A stretch of DNA of 32,000 nt, taken from positions 1,830,001-1,862,000 of the forward strand of contig NC_007614.1 in NCBI RefSeq assembly GCF_000196355.1. The letters are read 5' to 3'. The translations under genes and the position numbers were made by a program. Below, in pieces: positions 1 through 7,746 of this stretch. Positions within the stretch are counted from its first letter, which is position 1. Each line of letters begins with the position of its first letter. Below the pieces are notes generated by a model. The model was not told the DNA's origin and made no database searches. It saw nothing but the letters and a program-made list of their open reading frames with translations. Source of the DNA: Nitrosospira multiformis ATCC 25196 (GTDB lineage: Bacteria; Pseudomonadota; Gammaproteobacteria; Burkholderiales; Nitrosomonadaceae).

Positions 1-1
1 T

Positions 2-250
2 GCCCGGGACTCAGGACGGAAGTGCTGCTGCGATTTTTTCTATCTGTCCGACGCCAGACGCGCGGAAGCCATCGAAAAAAGCCTGCAGATGGAAAACTGG
101 AGTCGGACGCGAAACGGACATGGGCTTATCGTGGCATTGAAAATTCGCCACCTGCTGGACATCGATTTTCGCAATGCGCTGCATGATATTGTACAAGAAC
201 TGCGCGCCCAGGAACCGCGGGTTCCAACGCCTGGAAAGCAAGTGAAATGA
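2..250 (+). CDS. 3' end of a CDS that begins left of the window; hypothetical protein
   Basis: Frame 2 is open from the window edge to TGA at 248-250 (83 codons: ...FFYLSDARRAEAIEKSLQMENWSRTRNGHGLIVALKIRHLLDIDFRNALHDIVQELRAQEPRVPTPGKQVK*). Third codon positions are G/C-rich. The tail EKxLxxxxWSR weakly recalls GIY-YIG family C-termini. The listed minus ORF 11..319 lies in exact antisense codon register and looks like its shadow. Confidence 0.4.
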   Translation, partial: ARDSGRKCCCDFFYLSDARRAEAIEKSLQMENWSRTRNGHGLIVALKIRHLLDIDFRNALHDIVQELRAQEPRVPTPGKQVK

Positions 251-516
251 GTTGGCTTCTTGAAGAATCTCATCCGGGATGCGGCATTTGGCTGGAGCCT
301 TTGAGTCTGTCGATATCACTCCGGTGTTCTATGCGCTTTCGCAGAGAAAGGCAGGACACGTGCACGAGCGGTTTTTCTCGCTGTCACGGTTGCCTCTTCC
401 CGCCCTTGCATAGTCGCCTCGCCAGCAAAATACCGTTCGAGATCCGGGGCTCATGCACCGGGAGGCAAACGGATCGTAGATATCGTGAATATTTTCCCTT
501 TCAGCAAGGCTCCTGC

Positions 517-1167
517 TTACTCTGATTTGTTCTCCCCCCGGGCACCGGCGGGCTTGCGGTTGAAAGAACCCATTTCCGGAACGGATGGAAGATCTGTGAA
601 GGTATGCGACAACACGAAGAGAAGGGTGTAGTCATTGTAGTAGGCATCCGCCAGGAAAGCAGAGGTCGAGCCAAGAAAATTCCCTGCTGGCAAGCCAAAG
701 ACATTCAGGTGAAATTTCGCATATCCGGTCTGATACTGGGATTTGTAGAGCGCCAATTCCGGCAGCGAAAATGGAATGAACTGACTCTGGACCGGGGGCA
801 TTCCCATGAATGTCCCCGACAATTCCGTTCCCAGGGCTTCCACGACCACGTCGACCCGATGCGTGGCATCCTTGCCGTCTTTCTGTACCAGATAACCTTG
901 CTGGCCCAGCCATCCGGTTAAAACCTGCTGCAGAAAAGCCTGGTCGGGTGTCATTCCTACGGTGGTGATCGCCACGCCTGCTCCGCGGGGAATAGGCAGA
1001 AATTCTCCTGGCTCATTGGGAAAGCTTCTTTTTACTGCTTCACTCAGGAGGAGTTGTTCGACCGCTGTTCTTGATGATTGAGTGTTGCGCTGCATAGTCG
1101 AGCACCCGGCCAGCAGTATGATGGCGGTTGCCAAAGCAAGGGTTTGCAAGAAATCGATTGTTCTCAT
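517..1167 (-). CDS. Lipoprotein of unknown function
   Basis: 216-aa ORF with an ATG start. The N-terminus MRTIDFLQTLALATAIILLAGCS carries a lipobox (LLAGC). No catalytic motif recognised. Confidence 0.7.
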   Translation of the reverse strand: MRTIDFLQTLALATAIILLAGCSTMQRNTQSSRTAVEQLLLSEAVKRSFPNEPGEFLPIPRGAGVAITTVGMTPDQAFLQQVLTGWLGQQGYLVQKDGKDATHRVDVVVEALGTELSGTFMGMPPVQSQFIPFSLPELALYKSQYQTGYAKFHLNVFGLPAGNFLGSTSAFLADAYYNDYTLLFVLSHTFTDLPSVPEMGSFNRKPAGARGENKSE

Positions 1168-1253
1168 TTTCTACCCCGGTTTCTGCTACTGAAAGGAAGA
1201 ATGAAATAGAGAGCTATGAATACGAGCACACGCAAACAAGCGCAAGCCTGCGA

Positions 1254-3029
1254 TCAATCGCCTCGCGGCTTCCTCTCGCGATCGGCCCTGTTGGCGCGGG
1301 AAATGGCCGAAAACAGCCATATTGCCCCAATCGTTGCACAGGCAAAGCCGAGCAGACTGAAGAAAGGGACGCCCCATAGAGTGGGCCCGGTGGAAACTGC
1401 CATCACGACTGAGGAACCCACGATGACAGCGGCAACCACGATACCCACGACCAACCGGTTGACTGCACCGTCCAGTTGATCACCAACGTGTTTGAGATGC
1501 GCCACCTCGATATGAATATCCACTTTGCCCCGACGGGCGGAACGCAACAATCGCGAGAGATCGCGAGGCAGATTGCTTAGCAGGCTTGCCAGCTCGATCG
1601 CTGTGCGCCATCCGCGCTTTGCCATGGCGGCTGGCGCGTAACGGATAGCCATTGCATCCCGTAACAGGGGCAGTGCTTCGCCTGCGATATCCAGTTCCGG
1701 ATCGAGCTCTCTTCCTGTGCCTTCAAGCGTAATGAACGCCTTGAAAAAGAGCGCAAGATCGGGCGGCAGATGCAGCCGATGTCCGCGCAGGATGGCAACA
1801 AGATCTGCAAGCATGGAACCAAGCTTGAGCTGCTTTAGAGGAACGCCCAGATATTGATCGACAAACAGCTGGATTTCAGTCTTAAGCGCTTCTTCGTTGA
1901 CATCCCCCTCCCCGGTCCAGTCGAGCAACACACCGGCTACCGCGGCGGAATCATACTGAACCAACCCGAGTAAAAGATGAATCAGCTCTCCGCGCCGTGC
2001 TTCCCCCAGCAGGCCGATCATGCCGAAATCGATGAAGGCAATTCGATTGCCCGGAAGATAAAACAGGTTGCCAGGGTGCGGGTCTGCGTGGAACAGGCCA
2101 TCCACCAGTATCATTTTTATCACCGCCCCCACCCCACGGCGGGCGAGAACCTTGCGGTCAAGACCCGCCCGATCCACCGCCGCGACATCCCGACCTGAAA
2201 TACCTTGAATATACTCCTGCACACATACGCGTTCACCGGTCCATTGCCAATAAACCTTGGGAATGACAATGAGTGGAAGTAACGAAGAAGATTCACCCTC
2301 GCCGGCAGGCTGTGCCAGGGGCAAAATGGGCGAGGCCTCGTCCGAGTAGCCGGCGAAGTTAGAGGCAACACGTTCTGCATGGCGGCATTCAGCACCAAAA
2401 TCGAGTTCACGCCGGAGTGACTGTGTAAATTGCGCAACCACTTCCTGCCAATGAAAATGACGCAGTTCCGAGTTGCCGGTTTCGATAAGTTCGGCAAGTC
2501 TAGAGAGCCAGCGCAAATCCGCTTCAACCACCACCCGAATGCCGGGACGCCGCACCTTGACCACAACTTCGGTACCATCTTCCAGTCGTGCAAGATGGAC
2601 CTGGGCAATAGACCCGGCGGCGAACGGTTCCGGCTCAAAGGCGGCAAATATTTCCTCGGGGGGAGCCCCCAGATCCTCAGTGAGCTGCTGATGGACTTCG
2701 GGATAAGGGGAGGCGGGTGTACTGTCCTGCAGCTTGCTGAATTCAGCGATCCATTCGGGATCGAAAAGGTCAACGCGTGTTGCCAGAATCTGGCCGAGCT
2801 TGACGAAGGTAGGGCCCATCTCCTCCATGGCGCGCCGCACACTCGCCTGAGGTTCAAGCTGTGCCAGTTCGGTGGCCTCGCTCCAGCGCAATGCGCGTCC
2901 CGCGCGCTCCAGCGCGTGGGCAAACCCGAGCCGGCGCACCACATCCCCGAAACCATGCCGTATGAGGATTGAAGCAATCTCGTGCAGGCGCCCGAGATCC
3001 CGCGCTGCGGTCATTGCCTGCCAGAGCAT
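1254..3029 (-). CDS. ABC1/AarF/UbiB-family atypical protein kinase with C-terminal transmembrane helices
   Basis: 591 aa. Carries the family signature [31 protein letters not shown], then [28 protein letters not shown] and [10 protein letters not shown]. The hydrophobic C-terminus is [19 protein letters not shown]...[12 protein letters not shown]. Confidence 0.9.
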   Translation of the reverse strand: MLWQAMTAARDLGRLHEIASILIRHGFGDVVRRLGFAHALERAGRALRWSEATELAQLEPQASVRRAMEEMGPTFVKLGQILATRVDLFDPEWIAEFSKLQDSTPASPYPEVHQQLTEDLGAPPEEIFAAFEPEPFAAGSIAQVHLARLEDGTEVVVKVRRPGIRVVVEADLRWLSRLAELIETGNSELRHFHWQEVVAQFTQSLRRELDFGAECRHAERVASNFAGYSDEASPILPLAQPAGEGESSSLLPLIVIPKVYWQWTGERVCVQEYIQGISGRDVAAVDRAGLDRKVLARRGVGAVIKMILVDGLFHADPHPGNLFYLPGNRIAFIDFGMIGLLGEARRGELIHLLLGLVQYDSAAVAGVLLDWTGEGDVNEEALKTEIQLFVDQYLGVPLKQLKLGSMLADLVAILRGHRLHLPPDLALFFKAFITLEGTGRELDPELDIAGEALPLLRDAMAIRYAPAAMAKRGWRTAIELASLLSNLPRDLSRLLRSARRGKVDIHIEVAHLKHVGDQLDGAVNRLVVGIVVAAVIVGSSVVMAVSTGPTLWGVPFFSLLGFACATIGAIWLFSAISRANRADRERKPRGD

Positions 3030-3074
3030 CAGCTCTTTCCCGGATTCATGATTTCGACCCGACCTTTACCTTAT

Positions 3075-3755
3075 CTAATCCCGCTCCAGTCTCTGGACCG
3101 TGTCATACAGCCACGCTTCCACAGCCTGAGCATTGGCGCCATAATGTATCTCGCGATGACAATTGGGACACAGCGCCACTGCATTGGAGACAGCATCGGC
3201 TCCGCCATCAGCCAGGCCCTGAACGTAATGCAATTCGAGATAAGGTGATCCATCCGCTCCTTGAAATGGAGCGGGTTTTTCGCATGATTCGCAAGTTCCT
3301 GCTGCCTGTTGCAACACCCATGCCTTCACGTTGGGATCACGCTCTAATTGCGCAACAGATATGCGTCGGCGTTTAGGGCGGGGATTACCGCTGGGCTTGG
3401 GAAGGTCTTTCTGTTCCGCTGCCTCGCGCACAGCAATCTCAAAAGCGGCTACTGGAACCGCCTTTTGTCCACTGATCTGCTCCAGCAATTGTTCGATCCG
3501 CGCAGCAACAAGAGGCCCGATATCTCTTGCCGGCTTCAGTCCGCTCATCCATCCGCGTCCCATGAGCGAAAGGACATAGGAAATGTTCTGCATGAGAGAT
3601 TCAAAAACCCGTTCGCTGCGGCCGAACATTTCCACCAGCTTTTTGTAATACTGCTTCTTTACAATAAGCTGGCCCGTACGCTCATTGCGCTGCATCTCAA
3701 CGTAAGCTTCAATGGAAGCCTTCAGTTCTTCATCGCTCCAGGAAACGTCATCCAT
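3075..3755 (-). CDS. HNH endonuclease, McrA-like (COG3183-type architecture: N-terminal helical domain plus C-terminal HNH)
   Basis: 226 aa. The C-terminus is CESCEKPAPF...SPYLELHYVQGLADGGADAVSNAVALCPNCHREIHYG, a CxxC...CxxCH zinc-knuckle HNH. The usual HH doublet reads HY (codons at 3224-3229). Confidence 0.8.
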   Translation of the reverse strand: MDDVSWSDEELKASIEAYVEMQRNERTGQLIVKKQYYKKLVEMFGRSERVFESLMQNISYVLSLMGRGWMSGLKPARDIGPLVAARIEQLLEQISGQKAVPVAAFEIAVREAAEQKDLPKPSGNPRPKRRRISVAQLERDPNVKAWVLQQAAGTCESCEKPAPFQGADGSPYLELHYVQGLADGGADAVSNAVALCPNCHREIHYGANAQAVEAWLYDTVQRLERD

Positions 3756-3848
3756 GCTTTTCTGCCAATTAACGAGCCACAGTCAGGATTATGACTCGGC
3801 GCTCACACCTGTGCAAATTCGACCTCTGCAATAAGTGCGTCACCGCAC

Positions 3849-3909
3849 AGAAGCTAGAGCTTCTCCATTCCTAAAATTGTTGTGTTTTTCTGCCGTTGGT
3901 TGTGTTTTT
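3849..3909. promoter_or_regulatory. Candidate operator region: a 16-bp palindrome plus two 11-bp direct repeats
   Basis: AGAAGCT-AG-AGCTTCT lies at 3849-3864. GTTGTGTTTTT occurs at 3879-3889 and again at 3899-3909 (20-bp period). This sits in the divergent intergenic region between the HNH gene and the Cys-repeat gene, about 95-150 bp upstream of ATG 4002. Confidence 0.3.
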
Positions 3910-4001
3910 GTAAGAAACCTGATCGCCAATAATAAACAATAGTGTCAGCAAGAGGGAGTTTTCGGTCATTTGCTTTTTTCTTCATTTTCAGGGGAGTTAA
4001 C

Positions 4002-4436
4002 ATGAAAACTTATTCTGTATTTAGCGCGGCTGCCAGATTCACAGCATTGGTTGCATTGACTCTGGGCCTGGCTGTGGGTATGGGAGGAAACGTTCAGGCA
4101 CAGGACGGGATGCATGAGGGCCATAAATCCGATTCGAAATCCCATGGGGCGCACCAAAAAGAACTGCCCTGCGGCGGACCTAGCGTAATTAAATGTCCCC
4201 GAGGTATGTCCTGTGTGGATGATCCATCAGATAAGTGCGATCCCACCAAAGATGGTCTGAACTGTCCGGGCAAGTGCGTAGCGGGCAAGGGCGAAGAAAC
4301 AAAAGTCAAGCAACCTTGCGGCGGCCCCAGCAGAATCAAATGCGCGGGTGGCATGGTTTGCATCGATGATCCATCGGATAACTGCGACCCCACCAGGGAT
4401 GGACTAGACTGCAAAGGAATGTGTGTAGCCAAGTAA
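4002..4436 (+). CDS. Secreted protein with a His-rich N-terminus and two tandem six-cysteine repeats; function unknown
   Basis: ATG at 4002 is preceded by AGGGGAG; the ORF-track start at 3942 is GTG. Signal peptide MKTYSVFSAAARFTALVALTLGLAVGMGGNVQA/QD, then HEGHKSDSKSHGAH. The two repeats are PCGGPSVIKCPRGMSCVDDPSDKCDPTKDGLNCPGKCVA (nt 4167-4283) and PCGGPSRIKCAGGMVCIDDPSDNCDPTRDGLDCKGMCVA (nt 4314-4430). Confidence 0.75.
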   Translation: MKTYSVFSAAARFTALVALTLGLAVGMGGNVQAQDGMHEGHKSDSKSHGAHQKELPCGGPSVIKCPRGMSCVDDPSDKCDPTKDGLNCPGKCVAGKGEETKVKQPCGGPSRIKCAGGMVCIDDPSDNCDPTRDGLDCKGMCVAK

Positions 4437-4544
4437 TAAGAGGCTATTTGGGAAAACGTAATGGGCTGCAAGTAGTGCGGCCTTTCGTTTCCCTATACAT
4501 CTTATCTGCGCCGCAAGAACATTCCCGAACAACATGCACAAATT

Positions 4545-4570
4545 AAAAACCCGCTCATCAGCGGGTTTTT
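4545..4570. terminator. Bidirectional rho-independent terminator shared by the Cys-repeat gene and ncyA
   Basis: AAAAACCCGC-TCATCA-GCGGGTTTTT is a GC stem flanked by an A-run and a T-run, so it reads as hairpin plus U-tract on both strands. It lies between convergent stop codons at 4436 and 4649. Confidence 0.8.
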
Positions 4571-4648
4571 AATTATAACTGTGCGCCAGAACGAGAACGC
4601 ATCTTTCGCCGCCAATACTGCTCCAGCAGCGGCGTCAGATCAATCCAA

Positions 4649-5062
4649 TTAATCGATGACGTTCAGAGAACCGGGAAGGTGGATGTTCTTGGGGTGAAGC
4701 TGGCACCAGATGGTGAATGCACCGACCTTGTCCGCCTTGAAGCTGACGGTCTTGGTTTCGCCCGCCTTGATTACTTCCTTGATTCCATAGGCATCGATGG
4801 AGAAACCTTCGCTGATGGGCGATTTGTTCTCAATGGTGACCTTTACGGTATTACCTTTCTTGACCGTCAGCGCTTCCGGTTCGTTGAGAACATTGAAAGC
4901 CCGGATGTTCTTGACCGTAACACCTTCGACATTGAGTTCAGGAATCGTGGTGTCATAGGCATTGATAACCACCGTGAATTTTTGTTCTGCTGCGTGCACC
5001 GCACCCGTCAACAGCATGCCAAAAGCCAGACCTGCAAACATTGCCTTGTTTATTTTCATCAT
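4649..5062 (-). CDS. ncyA: Nitrosocyanin (red copper cupredoxin-fold protein)
   Basis: 137 aa with signal peptide ...[10 protein letters not shown] and cupredoxin-like beta-strand sequence. Ligand pattern is Glu85...Cys120-x2-His123-x4-His128 (ISEGF ... [10 protein letters not shown]). Subtracting a 25-residue leader gives Glu60/Cys95/His98/His103, the known nitrosocyanin ligand numbering. Codons were checked in the DNA (gaa 4808-4810, tgc 4703-4705, cac 4694-4696, cac 4679-4681). RBS is AAGGA. Confidence 0.85.
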   Translation of the reverse strand: MMKINKAMFAGLAFGMLLTGAVHAAEQKFTVVINAYDTTIPELNVEGVTVKNIRAFNVLNEPEALTVKKGNTVKVTIENKSPISEGFSIDAYGIKEVIKAGETKTVSFKADKVGAFTIWCQLHPKNIHLPGSLNVID

Positions 5063-5484
5063 TAGTTTCCTTTCGAAGTTTAGTTGGTTTTAATTAAATG
5101 GCATTTCTGGAACCAATACTTTGTATGGGATGACGCCGAATGTCAAGAGTCACTTTCTCATCAACTTCCGGCTTGAGAACCAATTTCCCCGCTCATTTCG
5201 GCATCATCACGTTTATCAGAAATCTTCCCCATCATTCTTTTACAATACCAGGCAAATAGAACTGAATATTATCATATTTAAATCAACAAGTTGAATTTAT
5301 TATTTCTAGGCTTGCAGATTCCTGGCCACGATCCTGGGAAGAAACCGGCGTGCCCGAAAGAGCCCGGGCAGGTCGATCCGAATTTACCTAAGGAGCCCCT
5401 GGACTGTTGTATTTATCACACAATCCGGCACATCAATTTACGATTTCGTGCGTTTCCAGGGAAAAGTGGTGCAAATTCCGGCGT

Positions 5485-5691
5485 TCATCTTGATTTCTTC
5501 AGCCGGTCAATTACTCTCCCCTCGCCGCTCACTGATTGCTCAAGAACTTGAAGGACTTCTTGCCGAGTCGTCTCGTCCAGGCTTCTTATCAAGTCAATCA
5601 AGGCTCGCTGCGATTCTTCCAACCCCAAGTTCCATAGCTTCAAGATGTGATCGATCAGTTGATCATTTCCTATTTGGTATTCGCGCTTCAT
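5485..5691 (-). CDS. Small hypothetical protein (68 aa, predicted helical)
   Basis: ATG at 5691 is preceded by GAGAGGAAAGG. Product is MKREYQIGNDQLIDHILKLWNLGLEESQRALIDLIRSLDETTRQEVLQVLEQSV...; no family recognised. Confidence 0.5.
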   Translation of the reverse strand: MKREYQIGNDQLIDHILKLWNLGLEESQRALIDLIRSLDETTRQEVLQVLEQSVSGEGRVIDRLKKSR

Positions 5692-5913
5692 CCTTTCCTC
5701 TCTCTTTAATGAGTCTAGGCAAGGTACGTTATTACATCAGGGATTAAATTGATGTGAATCAGCTGTGAGATGCTTGTGACCTTCGGAGGTTGGCAAAAAA
5801 AACCCGACGAATGACGTTTACTGCAATCGCTTTCCTGTCTGGAAGGGAGAAGCGAATAGATAGATTAACAATACAATGGAATCTCTACCGTTAAATACTT
5901 AACGCATGAAAAT

Positions 5914-5936
5914 AAAAAACCCGCGCAGGCGGGTTT
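5914..5936 (-). terminator. Rho-independent terminator downstream of csbD
   Basis: The minus strand reads AAACCCGC-CTGC-GCGGGTTTTTTATT, 64 nt after the csbD stop codon. Confidence 0.75.
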
Positions 5937-5999
5937 AGGAAGTGAGAGAGGAGAATATATTGTTATTATTGAGCGATCTTTTAGCTTCCCGGCATTTCG

Positions 6000-6185
6000 T
6001 CAGAGCTTGTCAGCCGCGTCCTTGACTGCCTCTTTCGCATCGCCAAATCCTTTTTGGATTTTGCCTTCAGCCTGCTTGGCAAGTCCCTTGGCTTGCTGTT
6101 CCTTGTCGCCGGTCAATTCTCCTACCTCCTGCTGTACTTTGCCGGCGATATCTTTAGCCGCACCTTTAACTTGATCTTTGTTCAT
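6000..6185 (-). CDS. CsbD-family general stress protein
   Basis: 61 aa: MNKDQVKGAAKDIAGKVQQEVGELTGDKEQQAKGLAKQAEGKIQKGFGDAKEAVKDAADKL, a typical CsbD repeat pattern. RBS AAGGAGA lies upstream. Confidence 0.9.
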   Translation of the reverse strand: MNKDQVKGAAKDIAGKVQQEVGELTGDKEQQAKGLAKQAEGKIQKGFGDAKEAVKDAADKL

Positions 6186-6211
6186 CTGTAAATCTCCTTA
6201 AAGATGTTTCC

Positions 6212-6261
6212 TTATCCACAGTGGACGAGAAACATGGAGATTACAATATCAGATGATATTG
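6212..6261. promoter_or_regulatory. csbD upstream control region: a perfect DnaA-box 9-mer and an 18-bp palindrome
   Basis: TTATCCACA lies at 6212-6220. CAATATCA-GA-TGATATTG lies at 6244-6261. These are 27-76 bp upstream of the csbD ATG at 6185. Confidence 0.3.
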
Positions 6262-6660
6262 CTGAGTAATGTTCGGTAGCAAACACAGCAATAAAAAACC
6301 GCTTGGAGGGATGAAACAGGGCAACACCGATTTATCTCAACTTGATCACAGGGCGGAGCGGATAAACATCACGCTGCCAGATGAGCGCCAAAGGTTATTG
6401 ATGAAAGGGAAAAGAAGACAGGAGGACGGGATTCTTCTTTCTTGACCAAAGCTGGATTGGACGCAGCAAGGGGGATGAGGGGAAAAGTGTAGGCGATGCA
6501 GGAGTGGGAAATAAAAACCCAGGCCCATAAAAGGGAAGTGCTTCGGAGCTTGGGGCGGCAGATTGGAGTCAACTGCAACCGCATGGCTATAATACCTCTG
6601 TGACGGCTCACCGAACAGTCGATAAGAAGGACTTCTCCGGTTTGGAATTGCTAACGGCCG

Positions 6661-6969
6661 CTACTGATTCAGAACGCACTCCAGTTCGGGTGGGTCCAGG
6701 CTTAGTCCTGCCCACAACGCCGCGTCCGTCTGAGACAGGATCATTCCTTGTTGAGCTGCCTGCGCTACCGCCTGGCGCTCCTTTTCCATTTGAACCCAAA
6801 ACAAGCGTTCGTATTGGCCTGTTTCCAGCAGGCTTCGAACCCTCTCCGGCCGAAGAATCATCCACCGATTCGCCAGCCTGCTCCCGTTGTCCCCGAACTG
6901 CGAAATCATCTCTCGAACCGACTCTGGATATTCCTTCTCCAGGTACAGCGACACATCTTGTATTGTCAT
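6661..6969 (-). CDS. Hypothetical protein (102 aa)
   Basis: ATG at 6969 (MTIQDVSLYLEKEYPESVREMISQFGDNGSRLANRWMILRPERVRSLLETGQYERLFWVQMEKER...) is preceded by AAGGAGA. It is the most protein-like of four mutually overlapping ORFs here. No family recognised. Confidence 0.55.
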   Translation of the reverse strand: MTIQDVSLYLEKEYPESVREMISQFGDNGSRLANRWMILRPERVRSLLETGQYERLFWVQMEKERQAVAQAAQQGMILSQTDAALWAGLSLDPPELECVLNQ

Positions 6970-7138
6970 TTTTCTTCTCCTTATCAAGTTCTTCTTTTAC
7001 AAGTTCTAGCCCGCCCAACGATTGTAGAACGGGAGTCTGTCCTTGATCTACTTTTGACAGACTTGCACCGCCACAGCCTCCTGTATCGGCCTTGTCTCAA
7101 CGGTCTCATTTGGCCCAATCACAGCTGTCGCAGCCTGC

Positions 7139-7288
7139 TTACTTCCGGCCTGCCAGCTGTCGCCACATTTGAATCACAGTTCCGTTCGCATCTCGAGCCA
7201 TGACAACATGAGTGGCATCAGCAGGCTTCTCATCTATCTCATATCCCGGCGCTTCCCCCAAGCCCGGCACCCAATTCAAAATAGCCAT
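7139..7288 (-). CDS. Possible small protein (49 aa)
   Basis: ATG at 7288 has AGGAAG 6 nt upstream and lies immediately after the 7319-7342 terminator. Product is MAILNWVPGLGEAPGYEIDEKPADATHVVMARDANGTVIQMWRQLAGRK. It is below the ORF-track length cutoff and I do not recognise it. Confidence 0.35.
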   Translation of the reverse strand: MAILNWVPGLGEAPGYEIDEKPADATHVVMARDANGTVIQMWRQLAGRK

Positions 7289-7318
7289 ATGTAACTTCCT
7301 ATTTCAATTCACTTAAAT

Positions 7319-7342
7319 AAAAAAACCGCCCGAGGGCGGTTT
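7319..7342 (-). terminator. Rho-independent terminator
   Basis: The minus strand reads AAACCGCC-CTCG-GGCGGTTTTTTTATTT. It closes the 7345-8010 tract downstream of tRNA-Glu. Confidence 0.75.
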
Positions 7343-7534
7343 GATGATCCTGTTTTAGTGGATGCTACGCTTTGCAGGCGTTCCCTTTCAGGTTGATCCA
7401 ACAACGATCCCTTTCTCAACTTCAAAGGTGGTTTGGCATGACTTCGTATTTTCGACACTTCCTTCCCCAGCCGGAACCATTACAGACTTGGAAAAAGAAT
7501 AAATAAGGAACTTCCTGTCTCCTGCCTCATAAAC

Positions 7535-7746
7535 TTACTGAGGACTTCCCAGCAACATGATCAAATCCATCTCAGTGTAAATATCCTCTTCATAATGAGT
7601 CTCCAGCTGTTGAGCGCGATCCCGGTCTACCAGACTTGATATCACGACAATCTTCTTTTAACCATTCCCAATCCTCCGGAAGAAGAGTTACTAACCTCGC
7701 TCTCCTGTTTCCTGGCGAGCGGTTTGGCGGCATCTCTGAATATCAT
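7535..7746 (-). pseudogene. Possible frameshifted ribbon-helix-helix (CopG/antitoxin-like) gene remnant, or alternatively two coupled micro-ORFs
   Basis: ATG 7746 has a strong SD (GGAGGA-tcga-ATG) and opens a 34-codon ORF. A second frame reads ...RRARLVTLLPEDWEWLKEDCRDIKSGRPGSRS, which is RHH-like. A third frame (GTG 7645, overlapping the first stop as GTGA) reads VISSLVDRDRAQQLETHYEEDIYTEMDLIMLLGSPQ*. No single frame stays open across the region. Confidence 0.3.

Noticed and set aside
11-319. 102-aa minus-strand ORF at the left edge
   Set aside because: It lies in exact antisense codon register with a plus-strand frame that is open to the window edge, and that plus frame has G/C-rich third positions and a more protein-like sequence. 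I treat it as a shadow ORF.
2120-2977. 285-aa minus ORF and 180-aa plus ORF (2430..2972) inside the ABC1 kinase gene
   Set aside because: They fall entirely within a gene with unmistakable family motifs. Their products are Arg/Pro/Ser/Trp-rich low-complexity sequences, typical of off-frame ORFs in GC-rich coding DNA.
5141-5146. ncyA promoter: a -35 TTGACA on the minus strand
   Set aside because: The best downstream -10 candidates (ATACAA or TACAAA) sit at only 14-15 nt spacing. This is too weak to annotate without a mapped 5' end.
6600-7203. Overlapping ORFs 6600..7046(+), 6608..7018(-) and 6748..7203(+)
   Set aside because: Their products are Pro/Ser/Leu-rich low-complexity sequences without an RBS. 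The 6661..6969 minus frame has a strong RBS and balanced composition, so only that one was kept.
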